Assembly (NCBI GenBank): GCA_045588325.1
Contig: JAZNEA010000057.1
Coordinates: 1,089-65,088, forward strand
From: Clostridia bacterium
Lineage (GTDB): Bacteria; Bacillota; Clostridia; RGIG7378
Direction: 5' to 3'
Length of the DNA stretch: 64,000 nucleotides
Below are positions 18,360 to 28,193 of the stretch, piece after piece. Below the pieces are notes generated by a model. That model ran no database searches. It saw only the letters and a program-made list of their open reading frames with translations, and was not told the DNA's origin. The position numbers were made by a program, and so were the translations under genes. The stretch's first letter is position 1. Each line of letters begins with the position of its first letter.

Positions 18360-19099
18360 TGGCCAGATACTACGTGGATGCTCAGTATTTTACGGAGAGC
18401 ACCGTAACCATAACAGGGGATGACGTTAAGCATATTCGCAATGTTCTCCGTGGCGCAGTGGGAGACAGGCTGACCATATGCGATTGCTGTGGCACTGTTT
18501 ACCATGTGGAGATATCCTCCATTGACCAGGAGATCGTATGCAGGATTCTGGATAGGTGTCGAGATGAGAATGAGCCGGACGTGAGACTTACAGTTGTTCA
18601 GGCCATACCTAAGGGCGACAAGATGGAGTCCATTATTCAAAAGTGCGTGGAGCTGGGTGTTTCGAGGATAATACCAGTCTATTCAGAGTTCACCGTTGTT
18701 AAGTCTGACCCTAAGGGTGACGCCAACAAATTGCAGCGCTGGCAGAGGATAGCCAGGGAGGCGGCCAAGCAATGCTGCAGAGGCATTATTCCCACTGTAG
18801 ATGCGCCTGCCAGGCTCAAGGACGTGGCCAGACCCATGGAGGACGAGGTGGGACTTATGGCCTGGGAGAGAGGTGTGGGAGATCCCCGTGAGATCATCCA
18901 ATCCTGTGGACAGAGAGTCAGGATTCTGGTAGGCTCCGAGGGAGGGTTTTCCACACAGGAGGCCCAATGGGCACAGGACAATGGTTACACCCTTATCAGT
19001 ATGGGCCCCAGGATTTTGCGTAGTGAGACAGCAGGTCCGGCTCTTAGTGCAGCGATTATGTTTGCCACAGGCAATTGGAATAACAGACAGGAGAGATAG
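18359..19099 (+). CDS. rsmE: 16S rRNA (uracil1498-N3)-methyltransferase
   Basis: It has a RsmE-family PUA-like N-terminus and a SPOUT C-terminus (...ILVGSEGGFS...). It overlaps recJ in an ATGA arrangement. Confidence 0.85.
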   Translation: MARYYVDAQYFTESTVTITGDDVKHIRNVLRGAVGDRLTICDCCGTVYHVEISSIDQEIVCRILDRCRDENEPDVRLTVVQAIPKGDKMESIIQKCVELGVSRIIPVYSEFTVVKSDPKGDANKLQRWQRIAREAAKQCCRGIIPTVDAPARLKDVARPMEDEVGLMAWERGVGDPREIIQSCGQRVRILVGSEGGFSTQEAQWAQDNGYTLISMGPRILRSETAGPALSAAIMFATGNWNNRQER

Positions 19100-19101
19100 A
19101 G

Positions 19102-19980
19102 ATGATCAGGAGTATGACAGGCTTTGGTCGTGGAGAGGCCAGCGACAGCACATATAGATTCAGAGTTGAGATTAAGTCTGTAAATAGCAGATACGCAGAT
19201 ATTACCATTAAGGGTCCCAGGATTTTTGCCCCATACGAGGACAGGATCAAGGCCACTATTACTAAGAAACTCCGCCGTGGCAAGATGGATGTCTTTGTGT
19301 ATTACGAGACACTTAGCGTTACAGAGGGTATGGTAGGAGTTAACCTTCCACTGGCAGCTGCATACAGAGACGCCATAGCCGATTTGGGACAGCAGCTGGG
19401 CATGGAGAACGACATCAGACTGTCCAACATTATTCGCATGCCAGACGTATTCGGATCAGGCAATATGGATGTGAACATAGACGACAATTGGCCCACATTG
19501 GAGCAGGCCGTCAATATGGCAGCAGATCAGCTGCAGAGCATCAGCGCCAGAGAGGGCACCTATTTGATCGAGACAATTCGCCAGGGCAAGGACAAGATTA
19601 TGGCCAAGGTGGATGAGATTGCAGAGCGCTCCCCCGTGGCCATAGAGGCCAACTTTGCAAAATACAGGGCGCGCATTGAGAAACTGTTGGGAGATACTGC
19701 TGTGGATGAGGCCAGACTCCTGCAGGAGGCAGCCATCATGTCTGAGAAGTACGATATTAACGAGGAAATCGTCAGACTGCGCAGCCACTTTGTGCGCATG
19801 GAGGAGATTATTGCCGAGGACGACATGATTGGCAAAAAGTTGGACTTTCTCATTCAGGAGATGAACAGAGAGACCAACACCATTGGCTCCAAGGCCAACG
19901 ACACAGAGATTTCTCGCAGAGTCGTATTCATGAAGAACGAGATTGAGAAGATCCGCGAACAGGTCCAGAACCTGGAGTAA
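19102..19980 (+). CDS. yicC: YicC-family stress-induced protein
   Basis: The N-terminal MIRSMTGFGRGE... motif and a C-terminal DUF1732-type region are present. Confidence 0.9.
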   Translation: MIRSMTGFGRGEASDSTYRFRVEIKSVNSRYADITIKGPRIFAPYEDRIKATITKKLRRGKMDVFVYYETLSVTEGMVGVNLPLAAAYRDAIADLGQQLGMENDIRLSNIIRMPDVFGSGNMDVNIDDNWPTLEQAVNMAADQLQSISAREGTYLIETIRQGKDKIMAKVDEIAERSPVAIEANFAKYRARIEKLLGDTAVDEARLLQEAAIMSEKYDINEEIVRLRSHFVRMEEIIAEDDMIGKKLDFLIQEMNRETNTIGSKANDTEISRRVVFMKNEIEKIREQVQNLE

Positions 19981-20021
19981 AATAGATACAAACCTTGGTC
20001 TGAACGCAAATTGGAGGAAAC

Positions 20022-21422
20022 ATGATACCGTACGAAGGCAGGGAGCCATATATTTTCGTGAGTTATGCGCATAAGGATAGAGACATTGTCTTGTCCATAA
20101 TCGAGGCCATGTCTCAGCACGGATTTCGCATTTGGTATGATGCGGGCATAGAGGCCGGAACGGAGTGGCCTGAGTACATAGCTGAGCATCTGGAGAATGC
20201 AGCTGCGGTTATCGCGTTTCTGTCAGAATCCGCTTTGAGTTCTATTAACTGCCGTCAGGAGATTAATGAGGCCATCAATCAGAAAAAGGAGTTTCTGGCC
20301 ATTCACCTCCATGAGCTCACCATGACAGCAGGCATGCGTATGAGACTTAGCCTGATACAGGCAATGTTTATGTACCGACATACCAACATGGAGAGCTTTT
20401 ATAACTCTCTCTTCAATGCAAAGATTTTGAAACCATGCCTGAGTGAAATAGGACAAGTTGCTGAACAGCCAGTGACAGAGGTTGTACCTGAGACAAAAGC
20501 AGAGCCGGAGGCTTTGCCAGAATCCACCCCAGATGACTTTGTGATTAGTCAGGATGTGTTGATTTCATATAAGGGGAAAGGCGGTATTGTAGTCGTTCCT
20601 CAGGGAGTGAAAAGCCTTGGCTATGATATGATGGGGTATGGGTTGTGCGAAATAGCGACACCTGATTTTAAGAACGGATTCCAAAAAACCAATGAGATTA
20701 CAGAAGTTATTATTCCCGAAGGTGTAGAGGGTATTGGGTACAGAACCTTTGCTTATTGTGAGAATTTAGTCAGAGTTCACTTGCCAAAGAGCTTAAAATA
20801 CATAGATGACTTTGCTTTTTACAGATGTTTTGAGCTGCAGGAGGTAATTATCCCCCAGGATAGCCAGCTTGAGAGTATAGGCACAAGCGCCTTTGAGAAC
20901 TGTGCCAGTCTTACAAAGATGAGACTCCCAAAGAGAGTGACCTTTATTGGCAAGGATGCATTCAGGGCATGCAGGAGTTTGTCACATGTAAGTATCCCCT
21001 TGGATGCAAAGTTGGATAGGGTGCAGGAGGATACCTTTCACAACTGTTCGGGTCTTGAGGAGGTAACTCTTCCCAATAGCGTCGTAACTATTGAACCGAG
21101 AGCTTTTTATGGTTGCGAGTCCCTGTGGGACATAAACATACCTAATTCTTTGAAAGAGATCAAAGAGGCGGCATTCAAAAACTGCGAAAAGCTAGAATTA
21201 GTAGATTGTGGATGGCATAGTTCCCTGGAGAATATCGAAAAAGAGGCTTTCAGAGGATGCAGGTCATTGAAAACAATAAGTCTTTCGGATACCCTAAAGA
21301 CGATTGATGAGGATGCATTTGCAGAGTGTATGTCTTTGGCCAGTGCAGAGGTACCTAAGAAGACAAAAATGCCAGCGTTTAAGCAGGTATTCCCAAAGCA
21401 TACTGTTGTTAAGCGCACTTAG
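20022..21422 (+). CDS. Cytoplasmic TIR_2-domain protein fused to BspA-type leucine-rich repeats (TIR-LRR)
   Basis: The N-terminal ~130 aa (PYIFVSYAHKDRDIVLSIIEAMSQHGFRIWYDAGIEAGTEWPEYIAEHLENAAAVIAFLSESALSSINCRQEINEA) is a bacterial TIR_2 fold. There is no signal peptide. The C-terminal ~300 aa are LRR_5 repeats. A good RBS AATTGGAGGAAACATG precedes the start. Confidence 0.8.
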   Translation: MIPYEGREPYIFVSYAHKDRDIVLSIIEAMSQHGFRIWYDAGIEAGTEWPEYIAEHLENAAAVIAFLSESALSSINCRQEINEAINQKKEFLAIHLHELTMTAGMRMRLSLIQAMFMYRHTNMESFYNSLFNAKILKPCLSEIGQVAEQPVTEVVPETKAEPEALPESTPDDFVISQDVLISYKGKGGIVVVPQGVKSLGYDMMGYGLCEIATPDFKNGFQKTNEITEVIIPEGVEGIGYRTFAYCENLVRVHLPKSLKYIDDFAFYRCFELQEVIIPQDSQLESIGTSAFENCASLTKMRLPKRVTFIGKDAFRACRSLSHVSIPLDAKLDRVQEDTFHNCSGLEEVTLPNSVVTIEPRAFYGCESLWDINIPNSLKEIKEAAFKNCEKLELVDCGWHSSLENIEKEAFRGCRSLKTISLSDTLKTIDEDAFAECMSLASAEVPKKTKMPAFKQVFPKHTVVKRT

Positions 21423-21443
21423 AGGATAAAGGAGTCAATAGCA

Positions 21444-21725
21444 ATGAAATTAGTTAACGTAGGATTTGGCAATATGGTTTCCAGCGATAAGCTTGTGGCG
21501 ATTGTCGGTCACCAGTCTGCCCCTGTCAAGAGAATGATTCAGGAGGCCAGAGATTCAGGTTACCTTATTGACGCCACCTATGGCCGCAAGACCAGGGCAG
21601 TTATCATCATGGACAGCGGGCATATTGTGCTCTCTGCTATTCAGCCAGAGACAGTGGCAGGCAGATTCGAGGATAACGGAGATGCACCAATTGGAGAAGA
21701 AGAGGAGGAAAACCGGGAAAATTAA
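21444..21725 (+). CDS. remA: Extracellular matrix/biofilm regulator RemA (DUF370)
   Basis: [21 protein letters not shown]...[20 protein letters not shown] is the highly conserved RemA/YlzA sequence. Confidence 0.85.
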   Translation: MKLVNVGFGNMVSSDKLVAIVGHQSAPVKRMIQEARDSGYLIDATYGRKTRAVIIMDSGHIVLSAIQPETVAGRFEDNGDAPIGEEEEENREN

Positions 21726-21737
21726 CCCGGTTTTTTC
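21712..21737 (+). terminator. Rho-independent terminator overlapping the remA stop (ACCGGGAAAATTAACCCGGTTTTTT)
   Basis: Perfect 6-bp stem plus T6. Confidence 0.6.
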
Positions 21738-21826
21738 TGTGACTTGAAAAAAAGCCCTATATGGTATATTATTAATCGGTTAAATTAGCATTTTTGGGTC
21801 CAGTACCCAGATTCGGAGGAAATATA

Positions 21827-22117
21827 ATGATTTTAAGCCCATCCATTACAGGATTGCTGGAGAAGGTAGACAGCAGATACACATTGGTAGTTCTCGCTGC
21901 TAAGAGAGCCAGAGAGATTAACAATTCCAGACTGGGACAGCCCGAGCCTGATGACGATGTCAAGGCTGTTACTATCGCTGTCAACGAGATCCTCGACGAC
22001 AAGATTACCTATACCAGAGAGCCCCACAAGGACACATGCTGCCAGGAGTGCGCAGAGGATGAGATTGAGGTAACAACGGAGACACCTGCTAGTTCAGAGG
22101 AGACTCCCGCAGAATAA
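21827..22117 (+). CDS. rpoZ: DNA-directed RNA polymerase subunit omega
   Basis: [31 protein letters not shown] matches RpoZ. It has an RBS GGAGGAAATATAATG and an acidic C-terminal tail. Confidence 0.85.
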   Translation: MILSPSITGLLEKVDSRYTLVVLAAKRAREINNSRLGQPEPDDDVKAVTIAVNEILDDKITYTREPHKDTCCQECAEDEIEVTTETPASSEETPAE

Positions 22118-22134
22118 TTTTTTTGGAGAAGACT

Positions 22135-23523
22135 ATGGCTGTAGAAAAGACAATGGAAAAGATTGTTGCCCTGGCTAAGAACAGAGGCTTCGTTTTTCCC
22201 GGATCCGACATCTATGGTGGTTTGGCCAACGCATGGGATTTTGGCCCCCTAGGTGTAGAACTTAAGAATAATGTTAAGAAGGCGTGGTGGCGCAAGTTTG
22301 TACAGGAGAGCAAGTACAATGTAGGCGTAGACTGCGCTATTTTAATGAATCCCCAGGTTTGGGTTGCAACAGGACACGTTACATCTTTTAACGATCCCCT
22401 TATCGATTGCAAGTCCTGCAAGGCCAGATACAGAGCAGACAAGTTGGTTGAGGATTGGTCCAAGGAGAATGGCGTAGAGGTTAATACCGAGGCCATGACC
22501 AACGATGACTTCACTGCATTTATCGCAGAGCACAACATTGCATGCCCCACATGTGGCAAGCACGACTTTTCCGGCATCCGCAAGTTTAACCTGATGTTCA
22601 AGACATTCCAGGGTGTTACAGAGGATTCCGCATCCGAGGTATACTTAAGGCCAGAGACCGCACAGGGTATCTTTGTTAACTTTAACAACGTTCAGCGTTC
22701 CACAAGACGCAAGGTTCCCTTTGGTATTGCACAGGTAGGTAAGTCCTTCCGTAACGAGATTACTCCCGGCAACTTTATTTTCAGAACACGTGAGTTCGAG
22801 CAGATGGAGCTGGAGTTCTTCTGCAAGCCTGGTACAGACCTTGAGTGGTTCGAGTATTGGAGACAGTACTGCATCGACTGGATTCAGACCCTGGGCATCA
22901 AGGCTGAGAATATGCGTCTTCGCGACCATTCACCTGAGGAGTTGGCATTCTACTCCAAGGCTACTACAGACATTGAGTACTTGTTCCCATTCGGATGGGG
23001 CGAGCTGTGGGGTATCGCAGATCGTACAGATTACGACCTCAAGCAGCATATCGACCACTCCCACAAGGATATGCAGTACTTTGATCCCACAACTAACGAG
23101 CATTATATCCCATATGTTGTAGAGCCTTCACTGGGTGCCGATCGTGTTACATTGGCATTCCTTTGCGAGGCATATGACGAGGAGGAGGTAGGAGAGGGCG
23201 ACGTTCGTACAGTATTGCGTTTCCACCCTGCATTGGCTCCTATTAAGGTTGCTGTACTTCCCCTGTCCAAGAAGCTGGGCGACAAGGCCTACGAGCTCTA
23301 CGAGGACCTTTGCAAGGAGTACATGTGCGAATATGACGAGACAGGATCTATCGGTAAGCGCTACAGGAGACAGGACGAGATCGGTACTCCCTACTGCGTG
23401 ACATTTGACTTTGATTCACTGGAGGACAACTGCGTCACTATCAGAGAGCGCGACTCCATGGAGCAGGTCAGATTGCCGATTTCTGAGCTCAAGAACTGGT
23501 TAAGCGACAAGTTTACTTTCTAA
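22135..23523 (+). CDS. glyQS: Glycine--tRNA ligase (class II, homodimeric GlyQS-type)
   Basis: The N-terminus (...[42 protein letters not shown]...), class-II motifs and an anticodon-binding C-terminus are all present. The ATG lies 6 nt after a GGAG. Confidence 0.95.
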   Translation: MAVEKTMEKIVALAKNRGFVFPGSDIYGGLANAWDFGPLGVELKNNVKKAWWRKFVQESKYNVGVDCAILMNPQVWVATGHVTSFNDPLIDCKSCKARYRADKLVEDWSKENGVEVNTEAMTNDDFTAFIAEHNIACPTCGKHDFSGIRKFNLMFKTFQGVTEDSASEVYLRPETAQGIFVNFNNVQRSTRRKVPFGIAQVGKSFRNEITPGNFIFRTREFEQMELEFFCKPGTDLEWFEYWRQYCIDWIQTLGIKAENMRLRDHSPEELAFYSKATTDIEYLFPFGWGELWGIADRTDYDLKQHIDHSHKDMQYFDPTTNEHYIPYVVEPSLGADRVTLAFLCEAYDEEEVGEGDVRTVLRFHPALAPIKVAVLPLSKKLGDKAYELYEDLCKEYMCEYDETGSIGKRYRRQDEIGTPYCVTFDFDSLEDNCVTIRERDSMEQVRLPISELKNWLSDKFTF

Positions 23524-23545
23524 TATATAAATGGAGGACACTAAT

Positions 23546-26173
23546 ATGGCAAACAAGTATTGTTACCTCTTTACAGAGGGCGACGCCAGCATGAGAGAGC
23601 TGCTGGGCGGCAAGGGTGCTAACCTGGCCGAGATGACCAAGATTGGTCTCCCTGTACCTCAGGGATTCACAATCTCCACAGAGGCATGTACTCAGTATTA
23701 CGAGGATGGCCGTCAGATCAACCCCGCAATTCAGGCAGAGATCAATGACTACATCGGCAAGATGGAGGAGATTACAGGCAAGAAGTTCGGAGACCTGGAG
23801 AATCCTCTGCTGGTTTCTGTACGTTCCGGTGCTCGCGCATCCATGCCTGGTATGATGGATACAATTTTGAACCTGGGTCTTAATGAGCAGGTTGTAGAGG
23901 TTATGGCCAGAAAGTCTGGCAATGCTCGTTGGGCATATGACTGCTACAGAAGATTCATCCAGATGTATTCCGACGTTGTTATGGAGGTGGGCAAAAAGTA
24001 TTTCGAGGAGCTCACCGACAAGATGAAGGAAGAGAAGGGCGTTAAGCTGGACGTTGAACTTACAGCAGACGACCTTAAGGAACTGGCAAACCAGTTCAAG
24101 GCAGAGTACAAGGCCAAGATCGGACAGGACTTCCCTTCCGATCCCAGAGAGCAGCTCATGGGTGCTGTTAAGGCCGTATTCCGCAGCTGGGACAACCCCC
24201 GTGCTAACGTATACCGTCGTGACAACGATATCCCTTATTCTTGGGGTACAGCCGTTAACGTTCAGGCCATGGCATTTGGTAACATGGGCGATGACTGCGG
24301 TACTGGCGTAGCATTCACCAGAGATCCCGCCACAGGTGAGAAGAAGCTCATGGGCGAGTTCCTGACAAATGCTCAGGGTGAGGACGTTGTAGCTGGTGTT
24401 CGTACACCAATGCCCATCGCACAGATGGCAGACAAGTTCCCCAAGGCATTTGAGCAGTTCCAGAACGTATGTCAGATTTTGGAGAACCACTACCACGACA
24501 TGCAGGATATGGAGTTCACCATTGAGAATGAGAAGCTCTACATGCTGCAGACACGTAATGGTAAGAGAACAGCACAGGCAGCTCTCCAGATTGCAGTTGA
24601 CCTGGTAGCTGAGGGCCACAAGACCAAGGAGGAGGCAGTCCTCATGATCGACCCTCGTAACTTGGACACATTGCTCCACCCTCAGTTTGACGTAAAGGCT
24701 CTTAAGGCCTCTACTCCTATGGGCAAGGGCTTGGGAGCATCTCCCGGAGCCGCATGCGGACAGGTTGTATTCTCCGCAGAGGATGCAGAGGTTTGGAACA
24801 ACGCAGGCAAGAAGGTTATCCTCGTTCGTCTCGAGACATCTCCCGAGGATATTACAGGTATGAAGGCAGCTCAGGGTATCCTGACAGTTCGTGGTGGTAT
24901 GACATCCCACGCAGCTGTTGTTGCCCGCGGTATGGGTAAGTGCTGTGTTTCCGGTTGTGAGAAGATTGTCATGGACGAGGAGAACAAGCAGTTCTCTTTG
25001 GCAGGCAAGACATTCCACGAGGGAGACTACATCTCCATCGATGGTTCTACAGGTAACATCTACGATGGCGTTATCCCAACAGTAGATGCTGAGATCTCCG
25101 GCAACTTTGGCACTATCATGGGCTGGGCTGACGAGTTCCGCACACTTAAGGTCAGAACAAATGCAGATACACCTACAGATGCTAAGAAGGCTCGTGAGCT
25201 GGGCGCAGAGGGTATCGGTCTTTGCCGTACAGAGCACATGTTCTTTGAGGCAGAGAGAATTGCTGCTTTCCGTGAGATGATTTGCTCCGACACAGCAGAG
25301 GAGAGAGAGGTTGCTCTCGCTAAGATCCTGCCTTATCAGCAGTCCGACTTCGAGCCACTGTATGAGGCACTGGAGGGAACTCCTGTTTGCATCCGTTTCC
25401 TGGATCCACCACTCCACGAGTTCGTACCCACAGAGGACGCAGACATCGAGGCATTGGCTAAGGCTCAGGGCAAGGAAGTTGACGAGATTAGGGCAATTAT
25501 CACATCTCTCCATGAGTTCAACCCCATGATGGGACACCGTGGATGCCGTCTGGCAGTAACATATCCCGAGATTGCCAAGATGCAGACAGCTGCAGTTATC
25601 CGCGCAGCTATCAACGTACAGAAGAAGCATCCTGAGTGGAAGGTTCGTCCCGAGATTATGATTCCTCTGGTAGGCGACGTTAAGGAGCTCAAGTTTGTTA
25701 AGAACGTAGTTACAGCAACTGCAGATGCTGAGATTGCAGCAGCAGGCGTTGAGCTGGACTATGAGGTTGGTACAATGATCGAGATCCCCAGAGCATGTCT
25801 CACAGCTGATGAAATCGCAGCTAACGCAGACTTCTTCTGCTTTGGTACAAACGACCTTACTCAGATGACATACGGCTTCTCCCGTGACGATGCAGGTAAG
25901 TTCTTGAATGCCTACTACGATGGCAAGATCTTTGAGAACGATCCCTTTGCTAAGCTGGACCAGACAGGTGTTGGCAGGCTGATGAACATGGCAATTTCCT
26001 TGGGTAGACCAGTTAACCCCAACTTGCACGTAGGTATCTGCGGCGAGCACGGCGGTGATCCTACATCCGTTGAGTTCTGCCACCAGTTGGGTCTGGATTA
26101 CGTATCCTGCTCACCTTACAGAGTTCCGATTGCAAGACTTGCAGCAGCACAGGCTGCTATAAAGAGCAAGTAA
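23546..26173 (+). CDS. ppdK: Pyruvate, phosphate dikinase
   Basis: It is 876 aa, with the phospho-His domain (...GGMTSHAAVVARGMGKCCVSGC...) and a PEP-utilising TIM barrel (...NDLTQMTYGFSRDD...). Confidence 0.95.
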   Translation: MANKYCYLFTEGDASMRELLGGKGANLAEMTKIGLPVPQGFTISTEACTQYYEDGRQINPAIQAEINDYIGKMEEITGKKFGDLENPLLVSVRSGARASMPGMMDTILNLGLNEQVVEVMARKSGNARWAYDCYRRFIQMYSDVVMEVGKKYFEELTDKMKEEKGVKLDVELTADDLKELANQFKAEYKAKIGQDFPSDPREQLMGAVKAVFRSWDNPRANVYRRDNDIPYSWGTAVNVQAMAFGNMGDDCGTGVAFTRDPATGEKKLMGEFLTNAQGEDVVAGVRTPMPIAQMADKFPKAFEQFQNVCQILENHYHDMQDMEFTIENEKLYMLQTRNGKRTAQAALQIAVDLVAEGHKTKEEAVLMIDPRNLDTLLHPQFDVKALKASTPMGKGLGASPGAACGQVVFSAEDAEVWNNAGKKVILVRLETSPEDITGMKAAQGILTVRGGMTSHAAVVARGMGKCCVSGCEKIVMDEENKQFSLAGKTFHEGDYISIDGSTGNIYDGVIPTVDAEISGNFGTIMGWADEFRTLKVRTNADTPTDAKKARELGAEGIGLCRTEHMFFEAERIAAFREMICSDTAEEREVALAKILPYQQSDFEPLYEALEGTPVCIRFLDPPLHEFVPTEDADIEALAKAQGKEVDEIRAIITSLHEFNPMMGHRGCRLAVTYPEIAKMQTAAVIRAAINVQKKHPEWKVRPEIMIPLVGDVKELKFVKNVVTATADAEIAAAGVELDYEVGTMIEIPRACLTADEIAANADFFCFGTNDLTQMTYGFSRDDAGKFLNAYYDGKIFENDPFAKLDQTGVGRLMNMAISLGRPVNPNLHVGICGEHGGDPTSVEFCHQLGLDYVSCSPYRVPIARLAAAQAAIKSK

Positions 26174-26463
26174 TTGAGCCAACATGTTTTTTAGGAACAT
26201 TTGAGATCCCAAAGGATTTCATGAGGAAGAGCGGAAAGCTATATTATGGCGAACACCGTGCCTTCCGGTTCCCGGAAAAGCTTGAATTTAAGTTATTTCT
26301 AGTATAGGGAGTCTGTTAAAGACCCCCTATATTTTTTTATCAAAAATATAAGGTGCTATAAACGGATTAGTATATATGAATCTGTTGTTTGCATTTTTTT
26401 GAAGCGTTCGAGGTATTTTAACAAGAAAATTTCCCGAGCGCTTTTTTGCGTTTGGGGCAAAAG

Positions 26464-26479
26464 CGGAAACATGTTTCCG
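26464..26479 (+). promoter_or_regulatory. Perfect 16-bp palindrome CGGAAACATGTTTCCG just upstream of the XRE gene's RBS. It is a candidate operator.
   Basis: The palindrome is self-complementary and about 20 nt upstream of the TTG start. Confidence 0.4.
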
Positions 26480-26498
26480 GTTGAAGGAGGTTTAAAAA

Positions 26499-26834
26499 TT
26501 GTCGAGTTTTACAGCAAAAATGATAAAAGAGGCAAGGATTAATGCTAATCTGTCACAAGAAGAAGCAGCAAAAGCGTTAGGTATTACAGACCGAACTCTA
26601 AGGTCATTTGAAAACAATCAGCATCCGGTTTCGGTTGATGATTTATTGAATATGGCTAAGCTTTATAAAACGGACGTAAGGGAGTTCATCCTAGAAAACT
26701 ATGTTGAGGAAAAAGAAGAGCAGATTCTATGTAATCGGTATGGTTCTTTCCTAAAATTATATGATCAGCTATCGGATAGAGACAAGGAAGATGTAGTTTG
26801 GGTAATCAAGCAAAGAATCAATGGCACAATATAA
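26499..26834 (+). CDS. XRE-family helix-turn-helix transcriptional regulator
   Basis: The HTH_3 motif is ...LSQEEAAKALGITDRTLRSFENNQHPVSVDDLLNMAKLY.... It has a TTG start with an AAGGAGG RBS. Confidence 0.7.
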   Translation: MSSFTAKMIKEARINANLSQEEAAKALGITDRTLRSFENNQHPVSVDDLLNMAKLYKTDVREFILENYVEEKEEQILCNRYGSFLKLYDQLSDRDKEDVVWVIKQRINGTI

Positions 26835-26870
26835 ATATATGCTAATAGCATATACCAAAATGTGATAGAA

Positions 26871-26897
26871 TAAGCATATGCATTACGCATATGCTTA
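26871..26897 (+). terminator. Inverted repeat TAAGCATATGC-ATTAC-GCATATGCTTA followed by a T-rich tract. It is a terminator and/or operator between the XRE gene and the 421-aa gene.
   Basis: 11-bp perfect arms followed by TTTGTT. Confidence 0.45.
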
Positions 26898-26924
26898 TTT
26901 GTTATATACGAGATTATATGTTGA

Positions 26925-28190
26925 GTGTATGCTTATATCAAGCAAGTGATATGGAGGTGTCTTTCGATGTATAGAACAGAGGAAAGCAGCAAAATAGGTG
27001 AATATATTGGAAAGTTGATTGCTAGAAAGTATGGTAAGGATCGTCAGTTTGCAATTGAATATATAAAGTTAAGAGATGGGATAGATGAAGAGCCGGCCCT
27101 AGACGAAATTCAACGTGTAGCAAACAAAATATGTCAGATGAAAAAGATCGGAAAGGGAATACAGATTAATGATTTGCCAATTCTCTCAGAGTTATTGGAA
27201 GTTTCTGTTGATAGTATTCTCAGTGCTGGAAAGGTAGCCAAGCCAGCTCCTACCAGGACGACAAATTATTCTGTAGCTTTTTCCAAAGATAAAAAGATTT
27301 GGAAGGAATATATTGAGAGACCGGATAAACTAATTCTAAATGAGGACGAGTACGGAAAGACAGTTATTGATTATGCGATTGAGTTCGGAAATTATGGTTT
27401 ACTGAAATATTTGATTGATAACGATTATATTTATTTGATTGATGAGGATCAGCAAAAATATTGGGGAACATTTGGTTCAGGTACAACCATAGAAAGAAGA
27501 CCGCCTTTTGAATACGATTTGCTTGAATATAAGATGAAACAGAATGATAGCCTGAGAACAAGTATTATAGCTTTGGCCTTAGAGAATAAAGATTATGGGA
27601 TTCTTGATGAAGCAAAGGCGAGAGAAATACCTTCCCTATATGAAGCATCTTATTTCTATGGCACAGCTCTGGATGTTAAGAAGTATTACAATCAGCAGTT
27701 TATGGATCAGGTTGCCAGGGCATCGGATGAGGTGTTGGTCTACTTCTCATCAGAATTTGAGATAGAAACTAATAGGAAAGCTTTATGCAGATTGACTTTC
27801 CCTTATTTAGGAAAGCTGATTGATATGGCAATTAAGGCCAATAGAAAAGCTACAGCAACTATGTTAAAGAATGCTTCGAAGCATAACCAAGATGTGTTAA
27901 AGGAACTGAAAAAGATTGGCAAAGCTGCTGAAGATTCATTTTCTAGTATTCGACAGTATATGGATGAAAAATCTCTTATGGAAGGAATAATGCAGGATTA
28001 TCATTTTTACGAAGAGAATGATACAGTGTGCTTTCATTCGGGGATAAATTCAGCCGGGAACTTCCAGGGATTATTCTCGACTGTTGTACGAGTAAGTGTT
28101 TCATCTAAGGATGAATATATTAAATCTTTGATTGATGATGTTAATCGTTCATATAATCAGGTTAAGGATTTTGTTTACAAGGAGGTTTGA
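26925..28190 (+). CDS. Hypothetical protein with a split XRE-like HTH at the N-terminus and a ~330-aa helical C-terminal domain, reminiscent of RNPP/Rgg-type peptide-sensing regulators
   Basis: The N-terminus has ...IGEYIGKLIARKYGKDRQFAIEY...KIGKGIQINDLPILSELLEVSVDSIL, an HTH_XRE-like pattern, and the remainder is alpha-helical. The true start may be the ATG at about 26967 (MYRTEE...). Confidence 0.5.
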   Translation: MYAYIKQVIWRCLSMYRTEESSKIGEYIGKLIARKYGKDRQFAIEYIKLRDGIDEEPALDEIQRVANKICQMKKIGKGIQINDLPILSELLEVSVDSILSAGKVAKPAPTRTTNYSVAFSKDKKIWKEYIERPDKLILNEDEYGKTVIDYAIEFGNYGLLKYLIDNDYIYLIDEDQQKYWGTFGSGTTIERRPPFEYDLLEYKMKQNDSLRTSIIALALENKDYGILDEAKAREIPSLYEASYFYGTALDVKKYYNQQFMDQVARASDEVLVYFSSEFEIETNRKALCRLTFPYLGKLIDMAIKANRKATATMLKNASKHNQDVLKELKKIGKAAEDSFSSIRQYMDEKSLMEGIMQDYHFYEENDTVCFHSGINSAGNFQGLFSTVVRVSVSSKDEYIKSLIDDVNRSYNQVKDFVYKEV

Positions 28191-28193
28191 TTT

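Noticed and set aside
21725-22135. T-box riboswitch upstream of glyQS
   Set aside because: I looked for one because Firmicute glyQS usually has it. The intergenic space is only about 17 nt, so none can be present here.
23513-26083. 856-aa ORF on the minus strand
   Set aside because: It is entirely antisense to ppdK, whose identity is unambiguous. Its Cys/Leu-rich low-complexity translation has no RBS or domain signal, so it is a frame artefact.
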